From Callorhinchus milii (taxonomy: Eukaryota), in contig NW_024704743.1 of NCBI RefSeq assembly GCF_018977255.1, forward strand, positions 22,384,001-22,448,000: a stretch of DNA of 64,000 nucleotides, written 5' to 3'. Both the position numbers and the translations under genes were made by a program. This document shows positions 13,490 through 25,384 of the stretch, in pieces. The number at the start of each line of letters is the position of its first letter. Position 1 is the stretch's first letter. The notes under the pieces are model-generated. The model searched no databases and was not told the origin of the DNA. It was given only the letters and a program-made list of their open reading frames with translations.

Positions 13490-14269
13490 CTTATTCTTGC
13501 AGTGAGCTGTATGCACAGACCCCTAAGCTGTGTGTACAGCTATATACACTGTATACCTAACCCCGAGCAGAGCCAAGCATATGGGCAGCCCCCAGTTTGT
13601 GTGAGTGTGTGGTCCACAACCCAGGCAGTACGTGTGTGTATACAGACCCCAGGCGCTGTATGTATGCATGTGTGGATGTGTGTGTGTATATGTGTGTGCA
13701 TGTATGCATACAGACCCTCAGGCTCTGTCGGTCTGTCTGTCTGTCTGTCTGTATGTGTGTGTGTGTGTGTGTACAGACCCCAGGCTCTGTATGTGCTTCT
13801 GCATCTGTGTGAATATACACAGATCTGTGTGTATGTGTGCATATGTGTACAGATCCCTGGCTGTGTGTGTGTGTGTGTGTGTTTCTACACAGACCCAAGC
13901 TCTTGTGTGAGTGTGTAGACCCCAGGCTCTGTATGTGTGTGTGAGAGAGAGACAGAGAGAGAGAGATGGCTGAGGGGAGTTGCAATGTGTGTGTGTGTGG
14001 GGGGGGGGGGGTGATGGCTGTGAGTGAAACATTACAGCATTACAATTCTCACCCCTTACACCCCCCCCACCCCCCCCCCCACACACACACACACACTGTA
14101 TTGATATTGATTGACACACTGAGAATCTGGGAATTGCTCCCCATCCTTAACACTCACTGAATACAATTTGCAATCATTTTATATCTAAAGCTGTACTCAC
14201 AGACACACACACACACACACACACACACGATTTATTAATAAAATAGGAAAATTGCAGACTGAGCAGAGA

Positions 14270-14300
<31 letters not shown>

Positions 14301-14610
14301 TGTGCAGGGCCCAACTCTGCACCAGCCCACACTCAAAACACTGACCAACAAACACCTTTGTGTGTGTGTGTGTGTGTGTATGTTTGTGTGTGTAATAAAA
14401 TGCAAAAAAACACACACACACACACACACATACACACACAAGGCTTTTCAAACAAAAAAAAACCCAGGACAGGGGAAGAGGAAATACAAGCCAAGCCATT
14501 GCAACTGGGCTTTGAGATTTGCAGCAACCTCAATAAAACACTAACCTCCCCCACTCTCTCTCTCTCTCTCTCTCTTCCTTCCTTCCTTTCTTTCTCTCCT
14601 CTCTCTCTCT
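13490..14610. repeat. microsatellite field: degenerate ACAGACCCCAGGCTCTG(TG)n minisatellite followed by (CA)n, (GA)n and (CT)n tracts
   Basis: Repeated ACAGACCC anchor separated by TG runs; dinucleotide tracts extend to 14610. Confidence 0.85.
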
Positions 14611-14741
14611 CTCCTATTTTTTTTTAAAAACCATGCATTTGCACCACTTAGGGTTAGGGTCCAGGGTGTTTTTTCCCTTTGAATGACTGAGAGAGAGCTG
14701 ACCCCAGAGGAGAGACGTGTTAAAAAGGAGCAGTGACTGAC

Positions 14742-14805
14742 CTGCTGCTGCTGCTGCTGCTGCTGTTATTATTGCTGCTGCTGCTACTGCCGCCTTTTCC
14801 ACCAT
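14742..14805 (-). other. candidate first exon (MVEKAAVAAAAIITAAAAAAA-G, or non-coding 5' exon) with (GCA)n tract
   Basis: gagATGG at 14805, donor CAG|GTCAGT at 14742, surrounded by CA/CT microsatellites. No downstream partner exon found. Confidence 0.3.
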
Positions 14806-15082
14806 CTCAGTGTGTGTTGAGTGAGTGAGTGAGTGAGTGTGTGGCTGAGCTCTGTGCTGACTGTCACTCTGCTCTCACACACCAACACACACCTCCTGCT
14901 GGACACTGTCACCTCCTGCAACCCCCACCCCCACCCCCCACCACCAACATTATTATTATTATTATTATTGTTATTAGGGTAAGCACTAATAACAACAGTC
15001 ATCATCATCATCATAGTCCTTGCATTTGATAACAACAACAACAACAACAACAGCACAACACAACAAAATGACATTTGTATTT

Positions 15083-15420
15083 AATAATAATACTAATAAT
15101 AATAATAATCCTTGCGTTTGATATCGCGCTTTTCACCGTCTTCTCGACGTCTCAAAGCGCTTCACGGAATAGACCGTAATGTGAATTGGCCGTATATTTG
15201 TGGGCAGAACGCGGCAGCCGATTGCGCACAGCAGTGTCCCACAAACAGTCGTGGATTGAAAATGACCAATTTGTTATTGTTTTTGTTTTTTTTGGAGGGA
15301 TTATTATTAGGCTCTGCGTGGAGTAAGGAAACGTGCCCAAGGTTTCGCCCTCTGCCTGGAATTGAACCCAGGTGTCTCGCTTGCAAGGCGAGTGCTCTTA
15401 ACCACTGAGCTACAGGACTC
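15083..15420 (-). mobile_element. full-length tRNA-Ala-derived SINE (short subfamily) inserted in an L2 tail
   Basis: Same head, body and tail as other copies; L2 tail sequence resumes at 15421. Confidence 0.9.
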
Positions 15421-15966
15421 TACATAGCGCCTTTCACATCCCCGAGCGCTGGACAGTCAGTATTTCGGACCCGAGCTGGGGGTCGGGATCGGGGAACGGC
15501 GGAGGGCAGTGGGGGGGGGTAAGGAGGGTGGCCGAAGACACGCTCGAAGAGGAGGGTCTTGAGATGGGTCTTGAAGGAGGCGAGGGAGGGGCGAGGCAGG
15601 GGGACTGCGGGATCGAGTTCCAGAGGGTGGGGGTAGAGTGGCTAAAGACCCGCCCGCCAATGGTGGGGTGAGCGAGGCAAGGCCAGAGCCCGCTGAGCGG
15701 AGGGAGTAGGCGGGTTGGTAGGGGGTTAGGAGGTCACAGAGGTAGGGGGGAGCAAGTCCATGAAGAGCTTTGAAGGTGAGGACCAGGATCTTGAACTGTA
15801 TCCTCTGTGTGATGGGAAGCCAGGGGAGTCTGGCGAGGATGGGGGGGTGATAGGGTCGCGGAGCCTGGTGCAGGAGAGGACACCGGCTGCAGAGTTCTGG
15901 ATGATCTGCAACCTATGGAGAGAGGAGTTGGGGAGGCCGACAAGCAGGGAGTTTGCATAGTCAAGC
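15421..15966 (-). mobile_element. L2 3' fragment
   Basis: RLDYANSLLVGLP...IIQNSAAGVL plus 3' UTR. Confidence 0.88.
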
Positions 15967-17104
15967 CTTATCACGTTATTAAGACACCTCAAAGCGCTTC
16001 ACAGAATATACTGTAATTTGAATTGACTGTGTATTTTGTGGCCGAATACAAGCAACAACAACAAAATTACATTTATAGAGCGCCTTTCACGTCAGGAGGA
16101 CTTCCCAAGGGTATCAGTGGGAGTAAAGGAGTAGCTGAAGACTTGTGTGGAGTATGAACACCAGTGCCGTGATGTTTTACGAAGGAAGTACAGCACGTAA
16201 AGAGGCCACTTGGCCCAACCTGTTTCTGTGCTGTACTTTCTTCATAAATCTTTGTACGTTTCTCACAGCATTCTCCCCAACAACCCCCTCCCCCACTAAA
16301 AGTTGGTCACAATAAAAGTGGGTCACTCACTTCGTTGGCTGTTTGTGGACGTTACAAGAAGAAACAATACAAAATATTGGAAGTGCTGTGTCTCAGAAGA
16401 AGAATCACATAAGAGCTCTGCTCACACCATGCTAAAGTTTGCTGTCTGCTGGTTAACGCATAGGGCAGAATTGGGCAATTCACCTTCCCAGCTGAGGAGG
16501 AGGCCTTCGAGTTGATGAAGGGTTCCATGAGCAATGAGTATCTTCTGGTATTTTACCCAAGAGACCATGGTTCATGTGTGAACCCTGTCATGTTAAACTG
16601 CCGAACTCAATCCTGCTCTCGCCCATTAAATCCACACTTCCAGGAGTGCTTTCTGGATGGCAATTTAGAAAGAAAACTCCGTCTGATTTTCCCCTCCCTA
16701 ACCCAACAGTGCTGAGGATTGTAGTAGCCTCAGTTGTTGCTCTGATTGAGATGACTCAACACAAGCTGAGATTCAAAAGCACAAGTTTTTGTTCAGCTGA
16801 GTCTTTTCGTTCAGCCTTTTTGTAACCTACGCTGTGTTATATTTAGAATCATAGAATCTTACAGCACAGAAGTAGGCAATTCGACCCATAGTGCCTGTGA
16901 CAACTATTTGAAAGAGCAATCTAATGAGTCCCACTTCCCCATTCTTACCCCTTAAAGCTGCAAATGTTACTTTACCCAATAATCAGGGCAACACTATGGT
17001 GCACACATTTACTTAAGTCTAGTGTGGATCCATGGTCAATTTGAAGCATGATACACAGGTGATTTCTGACTTCCTATGCAGACTAGCCAGCTTCTTGACT
17101 GGGA

Positions 17105-17703
17105 AGGTAAGCGGGGTCTCCTTGAAGCTGAACTGGCTCCAAGGTGACATGCTTGGCAAACGAAATGTTCGAATTGAGCCAGTCCTCTGGGGTGGTCTCG
17201 GTTGTCCAGTTCCTGAGCGAGGCAGGTCAAGCAGTATTCCAGAGCACAGCTGATGACAGCACAGCTGGCTCATTGGCAGGACCTGGAAGGGCAGACCAGT
17301 CACTGGGGGCAGGAAGTTATCCAACTCATCATCTGCTAACCCTGCAAGCAAAAGCCGATCAGATAGCACTGTCCTAACTGTACAAGCAGCAGGAAAGCTT
17401 GCCAGACAGCAATATCAATGGCAAGCTATGTGGTTTTAGCTGGTTAGACCGGCAGTACCCCAATACACGCACACTCTGGGGTCCCCAAGTCTTGGCTCTT
17501 GCCAACCTGCGCCTAATACTTTCCAGAATTAGGGAAGCAGGATGCATCCCTCTCGGGAGAGAGTCTGCATTCCATTCCAACAATCTCTCTCTGGGATTTC
17601 CATGTGTAGGTGCAACGCATGAAAATCTCAGTTTGGTTTGGATACTTTTAAGCACGGTGATGGGTTTCCACATGTGTCAGACACCCGGCTGACCAAAAAA
17701 AAA
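17105..17703 (+). mobile_element. unclassified ~600-bp poly(A)-tailed non-coding interspersed element, most complete copy
   Basis: Begins GGTAAGCGGGGTCTCCTTG.AGCTGAACTGGCTCCAAGG and ends GTCAGACACCCGGCTGACC-A(n); at least 10 other copies in the window. Confidence 0.8.
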
Positions 17704-18084
17704 CTACCCAGGTCCCCACACTGACCCAAAACCACTTCTGGGTTGTCTGGTCAGAACAATAATAACCACAACAACTTGCATTTATACAACGCCCTTCACG
17801 CGGGTTAGTGTCTTGGAGCTCTGATGTCGGGTCACAGCTGTCATCACCTCCTGTATGTTCTACCCAAATGCACTAAGGACAGAAAGCATCACTGGCGACA
17901 TTTCCTGCAGCTGCAGGAAGCACAATTTACAAAGGAAGTGATGTGAACGCCACTTCACCAGTGATAACCCATTGTCTATTTTTGACCACATTTTTTGTCC
18001 ATGTAACTATTATCACAAGTGATATTACTGGATCATAAACTCGGTAAAGGAAGCCCTTTGCCATTCCCGACACCAGCTGTTCTT

Positions 18085-18970
18085 CTGGCAGAACGAGGGG
18101 ACAGTGAGGGCCTGTCTCAGGCTGGCGCACGCTAGGATCAGGGACTATATACTGAGGGACAAGCTGAAGTTCGGCTCAACAGATGAGGCCTGACCCTGGC
18201 AGGAACCTCTCCGGCACAACCCACTCAGGGCGCACCCACCGGGGTAGTCCACGAGCGCACCCGAAACTGACTGAAGTAAGGGTACAGAGATGTAATAATA
18301 ATAATAATCCTTGCATTTGATATAGCGCTTTTCACGTCGGGAGGACGTCCCAAAGCGCTTCACAGAACACACTGTAAAGTGAATTGACTGTATATTTGTG
18401 GGCGAATGCGGCAGCCAATTGCACACAGCAATGTCCCACAAACAGTCGTAGATTGAAAATGACCAATTTAATTATTGTTTTTGGTTTTTTGGAGGGATTA
18501 TTATTAGGCTCTGTGTGGAGTAAGGAAACTTGCCCAAGGTTTCGCCCTCTGCCTGGAATTGAACTCAGGTCTCTCACTTGCAAAGCGAGTGCTCTAACCA
18601 CTGAGCTACAGGACTCCGGGATGTAACCAAAGAGTGCCCTGAAAACGTACGAACGGTAAACATGTGCGCGTACGGTGCACATCGGGGCGCCCTCCGAAAG
18701 TGGCGAGTCTGCCTTATCAGGGTGTGCGCGGGCGCACACGTGGATGTGGTGTACACAGGGGTCACTCCCGACTGTGTTAAAGGGAGCCTCCCAAAAAAAC
18801 GTGAGCACAACCTATGTGCGGTGAAGGAATGTTACTGTAAACAACGGAATTTGTTTTGTATCGGGGGAAAAAAGGGAAAAAATTGTAACAAAAAGATGTT
18901 GTGCTTGTTTTGGATTTCTGTCGTACTCAATATTGTATTGATAAATAAATATATATTTTAAAAAAGAAAA
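18085..18970 (+). mobile_element. 5'-truncated Tx1/L1-clade LINE (ORF2 C-terminus plus CpG-rich 3' UTR), interrupted by a SINE
   Basis: Encodes GTVRACLRLAHARIRDYILRDKLKFG, resembling Tx1 ORF2 ends of the C.RLAH..V.DY.LRD.LK.G type; ends AATAAA plus A-rich tail at ~18944-18970. Confidence 0.7.
18296..18619 (-). mobile_element. full-length tRNA-Ala-derived SINE (short subfamily) with L2-type tail
   Basis: Head GTAGCTCAGTGGTTAGAGCACTCGCTTTGCAAG...GTTCAATTCC (A/B boxes), Deu-like body, (TTA)n end; TSD GATGTAA at 18289-18295 and 18620-18626. Confidence 0.9.
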
Positions 18971-21900
18971 TATTACCACATGCTAGAAATTTTGACGACC
19001 ACGTTTTTTAAAGGCTTGCTCTCTCCTGTGGCTTTCAGATCATAAGTGAATACTATCAAATTCATGTTATTATTCCATAGAATTACATAGAACATGAGGC
19101 ATGGAAACACGGTCTGTGCTGCTATTTATACTCCACATGAACCTTCACCCCTCCTAATCCCCAATCCCTATACCCCTCTATTCCCTTCTCCCTCCCGCAC
19201 TACATTACATACACTGAACATTGATTATTATGTTAGTTAAATGACAGATTATTCTTGATGTGCGTGCAGTAATGCTGCCACAAGAGTAAATCCTTTTGTA
19301 TGACTATCATCTCAAATCAAGGGCATTGAGGTTACTAACAGTTGTTATCCATAGTGACAGAATTTGCCATCTGCACTGTCAGCCAACACCAGCACAATCA
19401 CTGACCCAAACCACACATAAAATAGAAGTACTATACACAGATTGTTGTGATTTGGATTCTGTAATCCAGCTTTGTTGTTCAATTGTCAATGTTTTGCTTA
19501 GATCAATGTTTTGTTACCATCCTAATGTATTGTTTAGTCTCTGTTTTAACCATTGTTACTTATTGTATTGAGAAATAATAATAATAAATTGGTCACTCAA
19601 TCCACGCCTGTTTGTGGGACACTGCTGTGCTTAAATGGCTGCTGTGTTTGCCCACAAAATATACAGTCAATTGACTTTACAGTATATTCTGTGATGCACT
19701 TTGAAACATCTCGAAGACTCGATAACGTGCTATATCAAACGCAAGGATTATTATTATTAATATAAATAAAATTTCAGCTTTTAATTTTTCCCTTCAAAAA
19801 TGCAATTGTCGAGTCTGAAGCCCATTGAAATTTCTCTTCATTCTTCTCCTCGATAACAGTATATTGCCATAGCTTGAGCTTTTCCAGATTGGACGTTTGC
19901 AAGATCAGTTTCACCAGTAGCTATAGCATTGTCAGCACTCTTTCCTTTCAGTTCATTGGTGCCATTATTTGGACGTCCATTGTCTATACCAATTCTAACA
20001 CTGTCAAGAACTTTCTTGATGTCCTTTGAACAGTGGCCTTTGAACAGAGGCCACTATTGCCACCCAACACAGCTATGGCATACCACACTTTTGCAGGGTA
20101 GTTGGACTCACCAGCAACTAAAGTAAAAATATCACTGCTGACCACAAAATAAACATGAAGCCTCATACGACAGCTACACAACTCAGCAACTTGTACACAA
20201 AACAGTACATGGTCACTATGCTTTACTGTACATCCTATGAAGCACTTTGAGATGAAAGGTTCTATAACAAATGTAAGGATTATTATAATAATTATTATTA
20301 ATAATAATACATTTTTATAATTCCAAGCAACATGGGATTAAACCTAAATTCTATCTGAACCTCACACGTTAAATTCACTTGAACGTTTCAATTATTACAC
20401 ATAAGATATGGCAGGTGGGGAATGTCTATTCAAAATAGTTTTTCCTAACATTGTGCCAGTCCCTTCGTTTCATGTATAACTTTCCTAATTGTATCTGAAA
20501 ATTAGAGTCTGCAGTGTCAGGTGGTGCAGGTGAAGGATATTAATTGTTTTTAATGTAAAACCTGATCCATAATACAGGAAAACCCATTATAAAGTCCCTT
20601 TTGGTAAAGCGCAGCCTCAATTATAGCATTGGTGTCCTATGGACCCATGTTAACCTGAAGCTAACCATACACTTGGCTTTCTTGCAGTAAGTAGCCAGTT
20701 ACAGATAATAATCCTTACATCTGATATAGCACCTTATCAGGTCGTTGAGACGTCCCAAAGATACTCAACCTGTGGGTCGCAGGTGACATCATTAGCTATA
20801 AGGCCACAGACACTGGGTGCAGGAAATGCTGCGATCTGACTTTGCAAAGGAACTTACATGAGTGGCACTTCTTGCACTCAGCAGCAGTGATGTCAGTGGT
20901 GCCTTCTGTGCATAGTGTGGATCCGAACAAGTCACAGGAAATGATGATAGCGGCAACCTGATGCCCCAGAAGTCAATTATTTTTTCACATTCCGCCTATA
21001 ACGCAGTCTCTGAGTTATTAGTGTCAAGGAGTCTGTTTTAACTGGGTTGCTCTGTATTTCTTGAGCTCATAGTCTAAGCTGTGCTGTGGAGCTCTGCATT
21101 GCCTGATCCTTTGGATGAGATGTTAAACCCAGTTCCTGTCTGTCTGTTCAGGTGGACATTAAAGATTCTCATTCTATAAGACACTATTCAAAAAGAGAAA
21201 GGAGTTTTTCCCAGTGTACCGACCAACAATATACAAGTATGCTTTTACCTCATGGCTGTTTATGTGTCCTTATTTGAGATGTTTTGAAATTAAAAATGTT
21301 ATAAAAATGCAAGTTCTTTCTTTCTATATGTTGCTACCCAAATTCTATGGTGAGGAGCTTTAGAGTAAATTATAAGCAAAACCTATTTTATTTTCGATAC
21401 CATACGCTGTACATGGTTGAATTTATATATGTAAGATTGCTACATTAATCTGTTCTGTAATGGAATTCCTATAGCAGCATTACATAACCTAGTTTTAAAT
21501 AGGCCAGCTGTCCTTATTCACGATCTTACTGAAGTGGAATAACATGAAGTCACTGAAAGAGACATCCTACAATAAAAATAGCTGTTGCAAAACCAGTTTT
21601 GACCATCACTTTGAAGCTGTGGAAAATAGGATTGACAAAAGTAAACATATCTTCCATTGAAATCTTTAGGATTACTATTTACACTTTAACATATCGGCTT
21701 TGGTACCTTTTCCTTATTTTTACTTAGACATGGCAATTACTGACATCCATAATACTTATCAATATTTATAAAGCTTCTTTGTCAGATGTCAAAATTGTGA
21801 AAGGTTTTCCATAGAAAGAGGTATTGAACACTTGAATTTTTTGTAAGTTTTTCGAGTCAGTTGAGAAATGTTTAGCCTATTCTTTCTTAATCTCCTTTTT

Positions 21901-22294
21901 CGCTTTTAAAACCTCTTTAATTTCTTATAATACAGGCTTTAGCTTCTGTACACAGAATGGCCATTACAAGCTTTTCTCCGGGTGCTGGTAGATGTTTTTC
22001 TTTATTTAGAGACATCTGGAGCCTATGGCATCCAAATTGTACATGTAAAAGCTCATTGAAATCCTGCTTGTGGTAGAAGCAACAAATCGTTTGTAAGATT
22101 TAGTCAGCAAACCATAAAACAAATCTGTTATAAGTTCCCTAGATTATGTTTTACAAGCATAAGGAGCCCAGGCTGATTCCTTTTTCTCTTCATGTTGGTG
22201 ATTATAAGCCTGAGGTAGGTTCCCTAGTCTCACTCGCCACTTAGAGCACTTTGGGGTTTGAAATTCCATTAGGCAAACAGTATATGAGTAAAGG

Positions 22295-22406
22295 GAATAA
22301 AAACAGAAGTCACTGGAAACACTCAGCAGTTCAGGCAGTATCTATGGAGAGAGTTCTATCTATCTATGTGAGTTAATGTTTCAAGTCGATAACCTTTTGT
22401 CAGAAT
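22295..22406 (-). mobile_element. half of the same Penelope-like palindrome, hammerhead-like core on the minus strand
   Basis: Minus strand reads CTGACaA aaggtt atc gactt GAAA cattaact; arm CTGGAAACACTCAGCAGTTCAGGCAGTATCTATGGAGAGAG. Confidence 0.55.
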
Positions 22407-23391
22407 TTGAGTAAAGGCATCTGTCTGGATAACCTTTATGGGGTTTTTTTTACACCAAAACATTAAAATTTTACTATCAATTTCAATGCTAGTCTCAAAG
22501 GTGTCTGTAGGATTTAATTTAGCAGCTCAAATCTCCATCGGGCTCTGCCTCTGTTAATGTTCCAAGACACTGCCCATGTTTTGTGATCAACAAAGACGAT
22601 TAGGTTGAATGGAGGAAAGAGACCTAGCAATGCTAAACAAGTCGCTAGTAATTCAAGACATTCAGCGATGTTTGATAAGCCATTACAATTAACAGTGCAG
22701 AAATTCAACCCTGAAAATCCAAGATGGGGTTGTATGAACTTGACAAATACCATAAAATTTACCTGTGGTTGGTGCAATGAGTATTATGTTTATATTCACT
22801 GTAATTTAATTGTTCCTGTTGCTCCAATGGTAGTATCAAATACAAATGAGTTCACAAAAAAACAATTTTTAAAAAATTCTGCATTAATTAATGTTTTTTA
22901 AAAAACTGAAGCATTTCATTTAGCGACTCACATCAGAGGGACGTATCAAATCACAGGACTTACTGTAAAGAGTAATGACTGTGTATTTTCTAAGCAAATG
23001 TCACTGTTGCTGCAAATTTTTAAAAGAATTTTGAAGCACAGCCTCTCTGGGTTGAAGTAAATAAATACATACACTGTTGTGTAGTTCCATGCTGTGATTC
23101 CACAGGAGTGCACAGAATTGTTGTCTAGTCAGCTGTGTGAAGCACTTTGATGTGCAAGGCCGTATATTAATGTAAATTATATTGTTGGATTGAATCATAC
23201 TTCTGCAAAAGGGGCCTGTGCGTGATGCTGTTCTATGTATACTTTCAGTGCACGTTCAGCTATATAAGAACATTCTAAATTAAATACAAGCTTATGGACT
23301 TTTTATTGTCAGATAATCATCCCTTTTTTAATTGAATGATTTTTCTCCTCATGCTAATTCAAGACAATGATTCTAATTATTTCAGTTGATG

Positions 23392-23773
23392 GAGTCCTAT
23401 AGCTCAGTGATTAGAGCGCTTACCTCGCGAGATGGAGGATCTGGGTTCGATTCCCGACCAGGGCAAAACCTTAGACAAATTTCCTTACTCCACATGCCTC
23501 TGTTTACCTAGCAGCAAGTAGGAACCCGGTGGTTAGTTGATTGGCGGATCGCTTTCCGGGGATAATAACTTTTCAAAAAAATAAATAAATAATGACAATT
23601 TGGTGACTCACTCCACGACTGTTTGTGGGACACTGCTTTGCACAATTGGCTGTCCCGTTTCACCCACAAACAACACAATCAATTGACATTACAGTATTTT
23701 CTGTGAAGCGCTTTGAGACATCTCAATGACGTGATCAGGCACTATATCAAATGCAAGGATTATTATTATTATT
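23392..23773 (+). mobile_element. tRNA-derived SINE, long subfamily with complete CORE-like segment
   Basis: Extra block GCCTCTGTTTACCTAGCAGCAAGTAGGAACCCGG...GGCGGATCGCTTTCCGGGG between head and Deu-like body. Confidence 0.85.
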
Positions 23774-25384
23774 GATGAGCCACGCATCTCATTGTTGTTC
23801 ATAGAACATTGCTGGTGCTGCTGCATTCGCCTCCATAAAAACATTTGTTTTATTTCTAATTAATGTCCCCTCACCAAGATATTTCTTTTGTCTGGAAAGC
23901 GCTCTGTGAATGAAAGTTGTGGGTACAATTCCACATTGTTTGGCTGGAGTTGCGACATGGATGGTATAATGCAAAATAATAATAGAATATAAAAATTCTA
24001 GAGTTGAAATGCACATTAATAATCCAGATATGTTTGTAAAGTCAGAAAAACACTCTTTTTTACTGCTATCTTGTTGATGTTGAAACCTATGGTCATCTTA
24101 CCAATAAATATTTGAAGTGTTTTATGCAGGGAAAAATACAAAAGAAAGTACAGTACAAAATATAGGTTCTTCAGAAAAGCAATGTAACAAATCCAGAGAA
24201 TCAGGGGCACGAAATTCCTATTGCCATTTAATACAACAACACCAGTGATGTGTAGGCATGATGGAACTTCTAAGCAGATATTAGTAACTCAGAATTGTGG
24301 CGTAATCACCTCATGCTAATCCCCAAAAGTACCTGCCAAAGATAATTGTAACTAATGGCTTTTAAAGCTTTTACAGGTTTTAATGTCATGAAAATGGGAG
24401 CGTGGCTTATTAACTATAAATCATTTGATGTGCTAACATTTGCCACTAGACATGTCCAGCCACGCACCATAGCAATGAGGTATATGTATAACCTGGGGCA
24501 TTATAGCAATGACTCTGGTTGACTCCATAACCTGTTCGTAAAGTATCATTGTAATCTATATTACAAGCAAATGTCTTGTATGTATGGAGAAAAAAGTCTG
24601 CATTTTGAAGCCCCACCATAATTATAAATTATTTCTGAAATTTCAATAGAAAGGATTGTTATTCAGAATAAAACATAGGAGATGTTTGGAGATAATCACC
24701 ACAGTAAAAATGATCTCCAGATTGGAAACTTTTAGACTCGTATTTACAGGAGAGGTGCTCACAATAAATCAAGGAGAATGCTTGGGTTTATAGCATATAG
24801 TAAATACGATTGAAATTGAGCTGCATATGAAGCTTGTTTTGTTTTGTTTGATATTGGTGGTAGCTAAATTGGTAGACTACAGTTGCTTCATATCAGAAGT
24901 ACAACCTTTGCGTTTGGAGAAATACAGCTATTATGTGATACACTAAGTACCTCTTTCAACAATCCTTTCCCATGTATTCTATGTTCTGCTCATTCACAGC
25001 TCTTTGTGTAAAATAATTAGACCTAAACTGTTTTTACTTTCCTCTCCTGGTTTGAGTTTAAAGGAGACAGAGGCAAAGACAATTTTCAAGGTGAGTCAAT
25101 ACCTAGAGGCCATAAATCTAGGATTATTACCAAAACAACAAAGGGAGAAGTTAGCAAAAATGTTTTTACTGTAGGTTATTGTAAGGGGTTTGCCCTACCA
25201 AAAAAAGCAGAACCCAGAATAACTTTTAAGAGGGAATTAGACACATACTGGAAAGATAAAAAAGAAAAAGGCCTGGGGCGAGGGAAGTATAGCCCTTTCA
25301 GAAGCTGGCACAGTTACAATTAGCACAGCCACGCACCATAGCAATGAGGTATATAATTAGGATAGAACTCAGAATTATATACAG

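Noticed and set aside
13484..14627. Cys/Val- and His/Thr-rich ORFs (also 2044-2477)
   Set aside because: Translations of (TG)n/(CA)n microsatellites.
14614..14805. NT5C3A exon 1 (MVEKAAVA resembles MDRAAVA; NT5C3A is downstream of RP9 in human)
   Set aside because: The conserved VVLAQYIFT..RKTKIIEM segment is absent, the donor phase differs from what I recall, and no other NT5C3A exon was found.
18545..18617. tRNA-Ala(TGC) genes (also at ~4190-4260, 15350-15420 and 23392-23460)
   Set aside because: They run straight into SINE body and tail, and the acceptor stem is not intact; these are SINE heads.
20760..20800. hAT/Charlie-like terminus (TCAACCTGTGGGTCGC)
   Set aside because: Only one short end is visible, with no matching TIR or 8-bp TSD.
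19780..22250. Decayed Gypsy pol remnants (FYGKPFTILT near 21800 and FQW..AF near 19820 on minus)
   Set aside because: Motifs are short, in the wrong order for pol and surrounded by stops; not supportable without a profile search.
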